Below are positions 39,111-52,385 of a stretch of 64,000 bases of DNA, piece by piece. The position numbers and the translations under genes are program-made. Source of the DNA: Octopus sinensis (lineage: Eukaryota); NCBI RefSeq assembly GCF_006345805.1, contig NC_042999.1:89962001-90026000 (forward strand), written 5' to 3'. The notes beneath the pieces are model-generated. The model made no database searches. It was not told the origin of the DNA and was given only the letters and a program-made list of their open reading frames with translations. Numbering within the stretch: position 1 is the first letter of the stretch; each line of letters opens with the position of its first letter.

Positions 39111-40517
39111 TAAACGTCTTGGATCTTTTTCCCTTTTTTTGTTTATTATTCTATCAGGGTTCTAGATTTTGTAAATCCACCCAAATGCAACCAAGCATAA
39201 AAATTTCAAAGTTGGTCATGGGTAAATTTTTTTGATCAAATACAAAAATGACATTGATTCTTCATTGTTTTCTAGCAAAAGCTCATCAGATAGTATAATA
39301 CAGGACTATGAAGTTACAAAAAGGTGTATACCTAGTGCACACAGCAAGGTGAGAGTCAGTGACCAGGTTTTGGGTAGGTGTTCTGCTTGTTATGGGCAGG
39401 TCTTCTCAAGCACGCCAGAGCACCACCCTTCCCGATCCATTGTCATCTCCTCCGTAAGGCTCAGCATCTTGAGGTCAGCTTTCCCAACCTCATCTCATAC
39501 TGCTTGGCAAAGATCTCATAGAGCATTTACTAAGACATTTGAAGATGATGCAATACTACTATTGAGTACATCATCTTTATGAAACAAACAAGTATTGTTG
39601 CATCATCTTTGAAGGGAATGAGGAAACATTGCATCATAATTCAACAAGAATAAAACAGTGACAGCTTGCCAACTGTTCAGTTGTCCTTTGGTTTTATAGT
39701 TGTAATCCTTCCATGAAATATCAAAGCATCAAAAGCTAAGCTTTGAAGAGATTTCACAATCATTATCCAACTTACATAAAGAATGGGAAAAAATTATTTG
39801 TGATCTTTATTTAGAAACCTACAATGAACAAGTCATTTCATAGACACTAAGCTATAAATTTCACACTGCTAAGTTGATACCACTACAATGCAGAACATTT
39901 CTGTCTCATTATTAGCTAAAAATACACAATTTTCCGAATTTTAAACACCTGTAACTTTTTCGTCAAATTTTTTCTTCATAAGTTCATGGCTTCACAAGAA
40001 TAAGCGTGGAAAACTGCACGAATATAACCGATTTTCAGATGTTTTACTTCCTTTTAAAAAATGCAGATTCTGTGAATGAAACAAACTAGATCCCAAATAT
40101 GTTTTACGTGCACAATCCGAGGACAATGTAAACGAACAGGAAGACTAAAGTTTTGTCCCCTGGTTAAACCGAATCAGTGGAATTTGAACATAAATCGTAA
40201 AGAGATGCACCAAAACACCACAAACAGCTTATCTATTTCAAAAATACAGCACAAAATAAAAACCGCGCCGATAAAAACAATAAAATCTTAATTCACTGAT
40301 ACAGGGGAGGTAACACTTAAGTAGTTTCTCTTAATCTACATCAATTCTTGTAGAAGGAATCTAACATATCAGTTTCAGTCATAGACATGAGTAGGCGCGG
40401 GTGTATAATTAGAAGTTTGCTTCCCAACCACTTGGTTCTGGGTTCAGTCCCACAGCATGGTACGTCTGAATAATGCCTTTAGAATTGATATGATAGACAG
40501 AAACTGAAAGAAGCCAG

Positions 40518-40640
<123 letters not shown>

Positions 40641-41321
40641 GTATATGTGTTTGTCCACCACTTGACAACTGATGTTGGTTTGTTTATGTCCTTGTAATTA
40701 AGCGGTTCTGTAAATGAGGCCGGTGGAATAAGTACCAGGCTTTAAAAAATAACTACAGGAGTCGATTAGTTCGAGGAAGTGAGAGAATGTGATATCGCTC
40801 TGAACGTGAGCTAACAAATGAAGAGTAAAATGAACGAAGGAAGACTGATTCTCTTCGACAACAACCGTTTCTGACACCCAGAGATAAGGTTTTTATGTGA
40901 TTATTCAACCCGCTAGAAATATCAACCGAATCTCTCTCAAATATCTCTCCACTGACTTAAAACTCGAAGAATACTTACCACCACCACTAAATGTTGGTTT
41001 GGATGTCTCGAAAGCAAAAGAAGAAAAGATGGGATCCTCATGGTTTGAATGCCTTCAACAAGTGTTTGAACTGAACTATGGTTAGAAGTGAACTATGGTT
41101 AAACAACAAGATTAACAAAAGCTGTTAAAATAATTGCAGCCAACTGCTTAAAAATCGAATAACTGCCTTCGAAAACAATGAGTAGTAATTTCCCATATTC
41201 AACATTTGGCCATATACATACATACATACATACATACATACATACATACATACATACATACATACATACATGCATACATACATACATACATACGAATTTG
41301 TGTGTGTGTATGTAGATAGAT

Positions 41322-43903
41322 ATGTTTCTTTATTAGCCACACAGGGCTGAACACAGGGGGGACAAATTACAAAGTAGAGCTTTTCTTTTGGGGGAGAAAA
41401 AAAAGGCAGTGGGGGTAGGTTTTCGATCAAAACGGATCGTTAAAAAAAGCATCAATAGGAATCGTGTATCACAGAAATGTCATGATGTAAAGTGTAAAGG
41501 GGGAAACAGATAAGGTTTATCCGTGGAAAGAAAAGCCTACGAAAAGACCACGGTAACCTCGGTCAATAATGTCACATGTTAACACATTTATTTGCAAGAA
41601 AGTAACTCTCTGCTTTAAATTTTTCCGGTTTCATAGGATTATGCTCAGGTGGTTTCGTCATTCATACGTACCATCCTTGCTACATTCATTCATCTTTTTT
41701 TTTTTTTTTTGAAACATTCGCTCGACAAAACTTGATTCTCTACTCTTACTTTCCTTTTCAAGTGATACTTGAAGAAGTTGATAAGAGATTGACCAAATAG
41801 GAAAGTGTTTGTCTCTAATCCTTTCAGATGCGTCCACCAGATACATTTTTTCGTCATAGCCACAAGTATGATGAAAATAGCTCTTCCTTCCCGTTTGAAG
41901 GAAGGAGGCGTGACGATATTGACGATAGACTCGGCTGATAAACCGACTCGTCCCACACGTGACAACAGTCGTTCGACATAAGCCCACAGGTCGGAAAAGG
42001 TTGGACACTTTGACTACATCTCGGGCAGGTCGGCCCTGTGTTTCTCGAGCCGTGTCGTAGAGCTTATCCCGAACGGGTAGCGCTTCTCGGTAGCACTGCC
42101 AGGCCAAGGATCTCTGGAAGCTGTCCTTAGGTCCCGGCCCGAGAGTCGTCTTGAACAGGCGGGTCAGGTATTCCTCGTCGATGCCCAGGTTCGCCCCGAG
42201 ATCGTCGTCGTACCTCCCATCCACTAATCCCTTATAGAATGCTTTGGTTGTGTTGAAGTCGCTCAAGGTCAACCCGGGACGGTATAGCTGCTTGGGTGCC
42301 ATTCGCCCTCCCTCGGCCTCTTTTTGATCCACGACTGCAGTTCGGTCATGGAGACGAGCTGCGGGAAAGCGTACCTCACAAACGGTGACCACACCTGTTC
42401 ACTGTCGTCTACGTAGAGCCGGAGATGTCGCAGTCTCAGCGCGTGTCTGCGCATCATCAATCACGGCATGCCCAGCCCTCCTTTTAACGGGTGTTAATAG
42501 CAAATGGATCGCCTGACCATCGGGACGCATTTTCCCACAAGAAACGGGAGACAATGCGTTCTAGTTTGGTGATGGTAGGGTCAGGACAAGGTACGACGGT
42601 CAGGCAGTAGTAGATGACGGATGCGACGTACGTGTTCACCACCTCCGCCCGACCTTTTAGAAACAGTTTCCTCTCGGCCCATTGCCGGGCAAGAGTGACC
42701 ACCCTACTCGTTATCTCGTTCCAGTTTTTCTCCATTTGAAGGTCTGGACCAAACCAGACGCCGAGTAACTCGACTGGACCGTCGGTCCAGTGTCCCACGA
42801 CGGAGGCGCCGGTGGACGGCATGGGCTTGCTTCTCCAGGTGCAGAGCCGCAAGCCCACTGGCTTTTCCCGGTTGATTTTCGCTCCTGTTACCGCTTCGTA
42901 GTCTTTCAGTGTCTCGCCGACCAGTTCGATGTCCTCATGGCTAGACACTATCACGGTGATGTCGTCCGCGTGTGCAAACACGCTAGTCCCGCATCCCAAT
43001 TCTCGCGGGATGCCCCTCAGAGTCGCCAGCTTCTGCAGTAGTGACTCGAGAGTTAATACGTATAGAAGCGACGAGAGGGGGCATCCCTGACGGACCGAAC
43101 GTGCAATGTCGAAAGGTCTCGATAGATGTCCATTTACGCGAATTACCGAACGGATACCTCTGTACAAAGCAGCTATCCAGCCTCGGAAGACGGGGCCGAA
43201 ACCAGCCGCTCTGAGGACAGCCTCCAAGTATCGATGGTCTACTCTATCGAAAGCTTTCGATTGATCCAAATTGATCAGGGCCCCACCCATGCCAGGTTCC
43301 TTAACTACCCTGTCTATGATGTAGCGCATCAGATGGAGGTTGTCATGGATGCTCCGGCCCGGCACGGCTCACGTTTGTACCTTGTCGACCAGTTTCTCGA
43401 TGACAAGCGCCAAGCTCTTGGCTAACACCTTGTCCAAAATTTTCAAGTCTGCTTTAAGCAGTGTGATGGGCCTAAAGTTATCTATTACGTCCCACTTTTT
43501 TTGGATCTTTCTTCAGCAGTGTTACGGCTCGTCGGCTCACAAAACCGGGGATGCTCCCGTTTTGCTGCCAGTTGCAGTACACCGCTGCCAAGACGTCTCT
43601 AAACAAGTCTGGCATACAACTGTAAAGCTCGTAGGGTAGACCATTCAAGGCCGGCGATTTGTCCCTCGAGCATTCTGCCATCGCGTCTCACACTTCCGCC
43701 GCTGTGATGGCACCTTCGCAGCGCCCTGCTTCTCTTGTCGAGAGTCGTGGCAGGCTGTGTAGATAGACACTGAAGTCCACCCTGCGTTCTCGCCCGCCAC
43801 TCGTCCCGAACAGCCGGGCAAAATGCTGTTGAAAGGCCTCACACATTTTACTTGGCTCGAGTAATTCGCGCCCCTGTTCATCTACCAGAGACCGAATGGT
43901 GGC
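41322..43903 (-). mobile_element. 5'-truncated Tx1/L1-clade LINE, frameshifted
   Basis: KSPALNGLPYELY, GRSIHDNL, LDQSKAFDRVDH, VRQGCPLS, AHADD, INREK, GLGMP; ~330-bp 3' UTR with AATAAA. Confidence 0.9.
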
Positions 43904-45011
43904 TTAAGAAACGCTGTGATACTAAACGCCTTATGGACGTGAAGCCGAAGATAATCCCATAGAAAGCAAAATGCTGATTCGAAGACTACAGATACAAGCT
44001 GTCACTGGAACGGAACAAATCTGTAAAACTTTCCAGAAGTTTATCATCTAAGTATATATATGCAGGTCTATATATGCAACTATATGCATGACAATACATA
44101 CATTAAACAAAGCATACAAATCTGCTCATGTACTGATTCCAAATACTGCACATGTAGATATACATGCACAAGTATGCTGTTGATGTTGAAATTCCAAGTA
44201 TATATGCCGTGCCTTCCAGCTTGTTTTCATGAAAAAAGTAGTCTATAATTCTTTGGAATTATAGTACTATTGTAAGACTGAAACTAAAGCTCTCCAGCTG
44301 AAATACTTGGCCAGTAGTAATTATTGTCGGGACGCAACACAGCATAATAATTTGCACAGCGTCCGTTGATAGTATTAAATACTTGTACGAATATATTTTC
44401 TTACTTCTGTCATCTAATTTGGGCAGCTAGTTATCATATAGATGAATTTATTAAGAAATCAACTAACTCCCATTTGCTGTTATCGTTTATTTGTAATTTG
44501 TGTTCGTCAGAGTTTGTCACTTGGCTCGATGTACATCAAAACAAGTTGCAAAACTAAAGCTATCTGAGAATAAATAAAGCTGTTATGTTTCCAACACTCT
44601 TAGTGATAACAAAACCAGATACCAAATCAAAAAGATGATAATAATCTTTCTAAAACGCACGGTTAGCAACATTTGAAGAAAACAAATATAAATTACTTGA
44701 AAATGTACGAGCGTAAGAATTGAAAATTTCAAAATATGTTAGAAATTATGCAATCAATATTTATGTTGTGATACTTCTTATAAAATGTTTATTTGAAAGC
44801 ATTTTCTGGTTACGTATTAGTTTCTGTACGTTTGAATTTGAAATGTTCAGTACATATGATTTGAGGAGAGCACGTGTATATCAGCTGGGTTTTATTGAAG
44901 GTCGTATGCTGCTTGCATAATCTGTTGTGGAGTCTGCATATGAGAGAGAGGTGGGAGAGAGGAAGAGAGAGAGACAAACAGACTGACAAACAGACAATAT
45001 ATATATACAAA

Positions 45012-45210
45012 ATGTGACCGCGTGTGTACCGTTGGCGATTTTTTCCCTCTGTCTTCCCTTCTCTGGATCTTTCCTTCTCCTATGTTTCCGACGAAGAGCT
45101 CCGCTCGAAACGTTAAACCCTCCTTCTTTCCTGAGCGTCCAATAATACTATATTTGTTCCACGTCCTCGCGCTGTTGTGTTTCTTTGTGCTTTCTTGTTT
45201 GGATTAACTT
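45012..45210 (+). mobile_element. Second copy of the 22100-22308 element (HHR-like motif at 45084-45118)
   Basis: Direct sequence identity by eye. Confidence 0.75.
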
Positions 45211-45256
45211 TATATATATATATGTAATATAATGTAACAATTATCCGGTTGCCATA

Positions 45257-45315
45257 ATAAGACTCCGAGTTTCGGATGTCGGGGCGGTAATCTGCTCCGG
45301 CATCTCGTCAGTTAT
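45257..45315 (-). ncRNA. Type I hammerhead ribozyme downstream of the Naiad-like EN
   Basis: Reverse complement: ataa-CTGACGA-gatgccggagcag atta ccgccccgacatcc-GAAA-ct cgg ag-TC-ttat. Confidence 0.7.
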
Positions 45316-45995
45316 CAAGACAATCAAAAGATGCTATGAAAATGACCGTGAAACAAAAGGAAATTACTATGTAATTGACCGTTATTAAGACAAACGAGCT
45401 ATTAGAATGAAAAAGGAGAAAAAAGCGAAAGGGAGAAAATAAAACACCAAAAGAGTAAATATGCTCATAGAAATCGCGTATGCGCGCATGTACATACATA
45501 CACATGCGCGCACGCACACCCACGTACATGTGCCTATATGCATATGTTCACTCACACTCGCGTGAAACATATACATGCACACCCACACATACGCCTATAT
45601 ATGCAACTCTACATGTACACATATATATGCAACTCTACATGTACACATATACATATCCGCACACTCACACATGCACATATCCATACGCGCTCAATTATAT
45701 TCAAATACACGTCTAAAATATGCACATGTTATATTTACATATGCTCACTCACGCTCGCGTGAAACACATGCGTTTACACCCACATATATATGCAACCATA
45801 CACACGTGCATATATGTACATATATACATACCCGCATACACGCACACACACACACACACACCCATACGTGCACAAATATGTTCATATACACGTCTATATA
45901 CGGATATGCACAAGAAAAATGCAGAGTGAAAGGTAAAATACAGGGGGGAAATGTGTAAAAATATATAAAGCAATAAAATTGATATATATAAATAA

Positions 45996-46089
<94 letters not shown>

Positions 46090-46179
46090 ATATATATATA
46101 TAAATATAGAGAGATAAAATGCTTGTGCGGGGACACAATATAAAAATCAGGTTCTATCTGTGATCTTGGGGGGATCAAA

Positions 46180-46640
46180 AACATATGTGGACATGATCCA
46201 AAAAGTTCAGTTCTTGAATTTAGACATGTAGCGGAATCTAAGCTGTTTTCCACATGAGCCATCTTTCCATATCACAAAAACTGCACTTTCCACTGCCGTT
46301 GGTGTAAGGCTTACACTTGGCTAAGATCTTCCAATGGATGTTGTAACTCACACCTTTATCTTTTAAGGACCATATATGACTGTATAATTTGGTCGTTTTT
46401 CTTTTATCCCAGCGTCTGAAGCTCAAGGTGTGATTATTGAACCTGGCCTTAAAATTCCCCTCTGTGAGACCCACATATTTCTTTGACGAAACTGCGTTTT
46501 TGGTGGTTGTAGAGTCTACAGTGGCTTCATAGATGATAGTCTCGGACATGCAAGTTCCATTTAGGGCACAACTTTTTATACCTGCATGAACAGCTGGTTT
46601 CATTTTGTTGTTTTTGTGTGATGTGTGTGATTATATTTTT
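46180..46640 (-). pseudogene. GIY-YIG endonuclease fragment of a Naiad/Chlamys-type Penelope-like element
   Basis: CSCR..C.LNGTC..IIYEATV..YVGLTEGNFKARFNNH..SF..HIW.LK..CSFCDME..LNSRTELFGSCPH over three frames. Confidence 0.75.
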
Positions 46641-46859
46641 AAAGCTAGTAGTTGAGCTAACACTGATTCTTAAGTTATGTTTATTGAAGAGCTTTCTGTA
46701 ACTATGATTGATTAGAAAATGTCTATGGAAACCGGATAATTGTCACATATTATATAACAGATAAATTCCTCTATTTACATAATATCGAGGTTTCATTCAT
46801 TCTTTTGTTGTCTTACTATTACTATTAATAGTTGTGCAAAACCTGAGGTGTTTGCGATA

Positions 46860-49800
46860 GTTGAAGCTGAAGTTGTTGAGTCCGTTTGAGGAACGGTGGG
46901 AACTGAAAGTAAGTCCTCTTCGACGAATGCTTTTTTTAAGCGATCATCAGATACAATATTTCGTTTTCTTCCGATATCGAGAACGAAATATTTTGGTTCT
47001 TCTTGGATTATGTTGTAGGGCCTGGAATATGGTGGCCGAAGTTGAGAAGGTATTCCATCATTTCTAACGAAAACATGCGTCCAAATATTGATGTCCTTTG
47101 GGACATGTGAAACGACGTTCTGTTATCTGGGGCCTGCAGGGGACAAATGGGACATAGACGTCCGTAAGCGGTGAACATATTTTGCTGGGTCCGGAAAGTC
47201 TTGTGGTGAAACAAGGTCGATCATCTGACCAGGTAAGGCGAGTGCCGTGCCATAGACCAGTTCAGCCGGAGTATGTCCAACTTCCTTCTTAACCGTGGAT
47301 CGAATACCAAGGAGGATGAGAGGGAGATATTCCAACCAGTTGGAGCAGTCTGAATATGCTTTTATAGCCCCCTCCCTCCTTCGAAATTTACCAAGCCAAG
47401 AAATTCCTGCAATTTGCGGAGAGATGAGGGTGGTGGAAAGTCTACGATGGCTTTGACTTTCTCGGGAAGCGGGTGAATGTCATCCTTATCGACGATATGC
47501 CCGAGAAAATGAAGGGACGCAACTCTGAACGAACATTTGTTGGGGTTGATACTACTGTATTCACGCAGACATTGGAATAGCAGGCGCAGGTGTTGATCGT
47601 GCTCTTTGTCTGAGCTACTAGCTACGATTACGTCGTCTATGTATGCATAGACGAAAGGTAATCCTCTGGTAACTGTGTCTATAAAACGTTGGAACGTCTG
47701 TGCTGCGTTACGTAAACCGAATGGCATACACAGGACTTCAAACATTCCGATAGGTGTCGTGACTGCTGTCTTCGGAATATCCGCAGGTTCCACAGGGATT
47801 TGATTCTAAGCTCGCACAAGTTCGATCTTTGAAAAGATGCAGAGAGCTACAAAAGTCCTGTAGAAGTGGGCAAGATATGCTTCAGGTACAGTGCAGTTAT
47901 TTAGCGACCGATAATCACCGCAAACTCGCCAATGATGACTCCTTAGGAATGCAATGTATTGGCGAGGACCAGTTGCTGCTAGACGGGCGGATGATTCTGC
48001 GGTCGAGCATGTGCTGGAATTCTTGCTTGACGGCCTTGAGACGATCTGGTGGTAACCTTCGAGGTCGTGCAGTAACAGGTGGACCGCGGATCTTGATGTG
48101 GTGGGTGACTTCATGTTTGCTAGGTTGTCTATGGATATTGGTCGAACGACGTGCAGGTATTCTTTAAGGGTAGTACTGTGACGGGTTGTCGTTGTTTGCA
48201 AAATGGTTGGACTGACTGTGACCATATGAACGGTTATACCGCGCACAGTAAACTGAGTGGTGTTGTCGACAAGTCTTCTGTACTTAATAATCACCAGGAG
48301 ACCGAAATGATAAAAGAAATCGGCTCCTAAGATAGGGATCGGCAGTTTAGCGATGACGAATACCCACTGGAAGGTGCGGCGTAGTCCTAAGTTCAGTGTT
48401 AGGGACTGTTCACCGTAGGTTGGAATCGATGAGTGGTTGACTGCCTGAAGATAGACTGGTATCTCTTTTCTTTTGCCTGAAGTGCAAGAAACAGGGATTA
48501 TGCTGACTTCAACGCCGGTATCAACAAAGAAACGCGTGCTTGTTACAGGATCGCAAACGAAAAACAGGCGACTTTGTGGGTGAGAGCCAGAACTTCCATC
48601 GCGTTCAATTCCAGGCTGTGTCGTTTCCCGAACGGGATGCTGAAAACGACCATTGGAACGTGCATTTCTACACCCATGTTCCGAACTTTCGGTGGTACCA
48701 ACATTTGCTGCGGGGTGGTAAGCTGTTCTACGGGTGTTTTTACACTCGAGGACCGAGACGGCTCGGTGAAAAGGTGAGAATCGAACTGATGTCCTCTGTC
48801 GGTGGTGATCGTCGCGGGTGTGCCGAAACGCGAAACCCAGTGAAACACTAGAGTTTTGGCGACAGTTTCCGCAGAAATGTCCGATAGGGGAAAATCTTCC
48901 GGACAGTGAGAAAATCTGTCAACACAGGTGAGCAGGTGAGTGCAGTTGTTGGAAGGATGCAAGGGTCCAACAATGTCGATATGCACGTGTTGAAAACGTG
49001 CATCGCAAGTTGCAAAGGAACCTATAGGAGATTTAATGTGTCAGTGGACCTTTGCTTTTTGATACGCGACGCAGGCCCAATCACGGGTGTCCTTGTTGAT
49101 GTTGGGCCACACGTAACTGTGTCTATAAAACATTAGAACGTCTATGCCACGTTACGTAAACCAAAAGGCATACGCAGGAATTCAAACATTCCGATGACTG
49201 CTGTCTTCGAAATATCCGCAGGTTCCACAGGGATTTGATTGTAAGCTCGCACAATGTCGATATTTGAAAAGATGCGCTAGGGAATGCTAAGCAGAGAAAA
49301 CGACACGTCTGTGTTTCTGCGGCAAGTAGGGACGTTCATGACCAGTGGAGGTGTCGCACCAAATATAGCCTGTGGCAGAGGGTATTGGTGATTGCCGAAA
49401 TTTCAGAGATGACGAATTCCGGAGCTGTAATAGTTCTTCGTCATCTTGTTGATCAGATGCAATCTGCTGGCGATCAATAGTAGCAGAGGTGTGGATAGCG
49501 ATAAGTTCCATGCGTGACAGAGCATCAGCTGCAGAGTTGTTTGCACCCTAGATGTAGCGAATGTCTGTTGTGTACTGTGATATGAAGTCTAGATGTCGGA
49601 CTTCTCTGAGTGAGTGACGATCGGGCTTGGCATTGAAGGCTTAAACCAGCGGTTTATGGTCGATATAAAATGGAGAAAACGCGGCCTTCCAGCATGTGTC
49701 GAAAATTCTTGACAGCGAGATACACTGCCGGTAATTCTCGACCGAAGGTACAGTATTTAGTCTCGGCGGATTTTAAGCACTTGGTGAAGAAGGATACAGG

Positions 49801-52385
49801 TTGCCAAATACCGTCAGTGAGTTAATGGAGCACACCTCCAACTCCGGAACCGGATGCATCAACTAGTAGATGGAAGCACTCCGTCGGTTACGACGATGAG
49901 GGTTCCGGTTGATCCGAATCAACGGAACAGCCTGCTCGTGAAATTAACGTGTAAGTGGCTGAGCACTCCACAGACACGTGTACCCTTAACGTAGTTCTCG
50001 GGGATATTCAGCGTGACACAGAGAGTGACAAGGCCGGCCCTTTGAAATACAGGTACAACAGAAACAGGAAGTAAGAGTGAGAGAAAGTTGTGGTGAAAGA
50101 GTACAGCAGGGATCACCACCATCCTTGCCGGAGCCTCGTGGAGCTTTAGGTGTTTTCGCTCAATAAACACTCACAACGCCCGGTCTAGGAATCGAAACCG
50201 CGATCCTATGACCGCGAGTCCGCTGCCCTAACCACTGGGCCATTGCGCCTCCACGCATCAACTAGTACAAACAGTGGGGCGTCTGGTTTGGGATACACCA
50301 GCATGGTAGCATTAAGATAGTTAGATAACGCTTTTTTCAAAGCAGCGAATGAGACAAGTTGTTCTTCACTCAGGGCAATGTTTTTACATGTTCGCTGTCG
50401 CAGCAAATCTATGAGCGATTATGCTGTCTCTGCACAGTGGGGTAAAAATCTCCGGTAGAAATTTACCAAGCCAAGAAATTCCTGCAATTTGCAGAGAGAT
50501 GAGGGTGGTGGAAAGTCTACGATGGCTTTGACTTTCTCAGGAAGCGGGTGAATGTCATCCTTATCGACGATATGCCCGAGAAAATGAAGGGACGCAACTC
50601 TGAACGAACATTTGCTGGGGTTGATACTACTGTATTCACGCAGACATTGGAATAGCAGGCGCAGGTGTTGATCGTGCTCTTTGTCTGAGCTACTAGCTAC
50701 GATTACGTCGTCTATGTATGCATAGACGAAAGGTAATCCTCTGGTAACTGTGTCTATAAAACGTTGGAACGTCTGTGCCGCGTTACGTAAACCGAAAGGC
50801 ATACACAGGACTTCAAACATTCCGATAGGCGTCGTGACTGCTGTCTTCGGAATATCCGCAGGTTCCACAGGGATTTGATTCTAAGCTCGCACAAGTTCGA
50901 TCTTTGAAAAGATGCAGAGAGCTACAAAAGTCCTGTAGAAGTGGGCAAGATACAGTGCAGTTATTTAGCGATCGATAATCACCGCAAACTCGCCAATGAT
51001 GACTCCTTAGGAATGCAATGTATTGGCGAGGACCAGTTGCTGCTAGACGGGCGGATGATTCTGCGGTCGAGCATGTGCTGGAATTTTTGCTTGACGGCCT
51101 TGAGACGATCTGGTGGTAACCTTCGAGGTCGTGCAGTAACAGGTGGACCGCGGATCTTGATGTGGTGGGTGACTTCATGTTTGCTAGGTTGTCTATGGAT
51201 ATTGGTCAAACGACGTGCAGGTATTCTTTAAGGGTAGTACTGTGACGGGTTGTCGTTGTTTGCAAAATGGTTGGACTGACTGTGACCATATGAACGGTTA
51301 TACCGCGCACAGTAAACTGAGTGGTGCTGTCGACAAGTCTTCTGTACTTAATAATCACCAGGAGACCGAAATGATAAAAGAAATCGGCTCCTAAGATAGG
51401 GATCGGCAGTTTAGCGATGACGAATACCCACTGGAAGGTGCGGCGTAGTCCTAAGTTCAGTGTTAGGGACTGTTCACCGTAGGTTGGAATCGATGAGTGG
51501 TTGACTGCCTGAAGACAGACTGGTATCTCTTTTCTTTTGCCTGAAGTGCAAGAAACAGGGATTATGCTGACTTCAACGCCGGTATCAACAAGGAAACGCG
51601 TGCTTGTTACAGGATCGCAAACGAAAAACAGGCGACTTTGTGGGTGAGAGCCAGAACTTCCGTCGCGTTCAATTCCTGGCTGTGTCGTTTCCCGAACGGG
51701 ATGCTGAAAACGACCATTGGATCGTGCATTTCTACACCCGTGTTCCGAACCGTCTACCAAATCGACGCGTGGTGCCAAGCGATAGGGCTTGTATCTGCTC
51801 TGTCAGGACCAGTACTTGTGATGCCCGCTGCGCCACCAATGAAGCACTGATCGCAGAAAGGAAAGGATTTGCAGGCTGGCGTCACCGTTGATACCGTTGA
51901 ATATCTATGTGGTACCTCGGTGATTTTGTCAGCTAGGTCTGCCAGTTCCTCAATGGAAGTGGATTCTCGTGTGGAAGCGAGAACTACCTGCGTGTAGGAG
52001 GACAGACGCTGGAGAAAAAGTTGCTTAAAAATCTTTTCGGGGAGGATCTCATCTCTCAGAAGTTGCTTCATTCTTCGTAGAAGCTGGGAAGGCGTTCTAT
52101 CTCTCAGTTCTTCCGATGTAAGGAGCTAGTGAGTCGCTTTTGTTGGGACTCTGAAGCCCTGTTGATCAGGATGGTTTTAAAAGTGTCGTATGACACAGAA
52201 TCGGGTGGTCCCATAATGAGATCACGGACCACGTTCAAGATCTCTGGTGATAGGGAACCGATTACGTGCGTAAGGAGAGACGCATCGCTAACTATTCGGT
52301 TGGAAGAAAACTGGGCCTCGATATGGTGAAACCATAATGCAAGATCGTGTGTCCAAAATGGTGGAATCCTCAGCGTAATCGCAGC
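46860..52385 (-). mobile_element. Decayed, internally rearranged Gypsy element (related to the 32-37 kb element)
   Basis: gag (LWFHHIEAQF, DRTPSQLLR, FLQRL), FLVDTG, YIDD, MHIDIVGP, TDRGHQF; many stops and frameshifts; PR-RT block present twice. Confidence 0.9.
49869..50254 (-). mobile_element. tRNA-derived SINE (second family), full length
   Basis: Head GGAGGCGCAATGGCCCAGTGGTTAGGGC..GGTTTCGATTCC (A/B boxes); 13-bp TSD gcatcaactagta (49856-49868 / 50255-50267). Confidence 0.88.

Noticed and set aside
50180-50254. tRNA-like sequence
   Set aside because: It is the head of a TSD-bounded SINE and lacks a proper acceptor stem.
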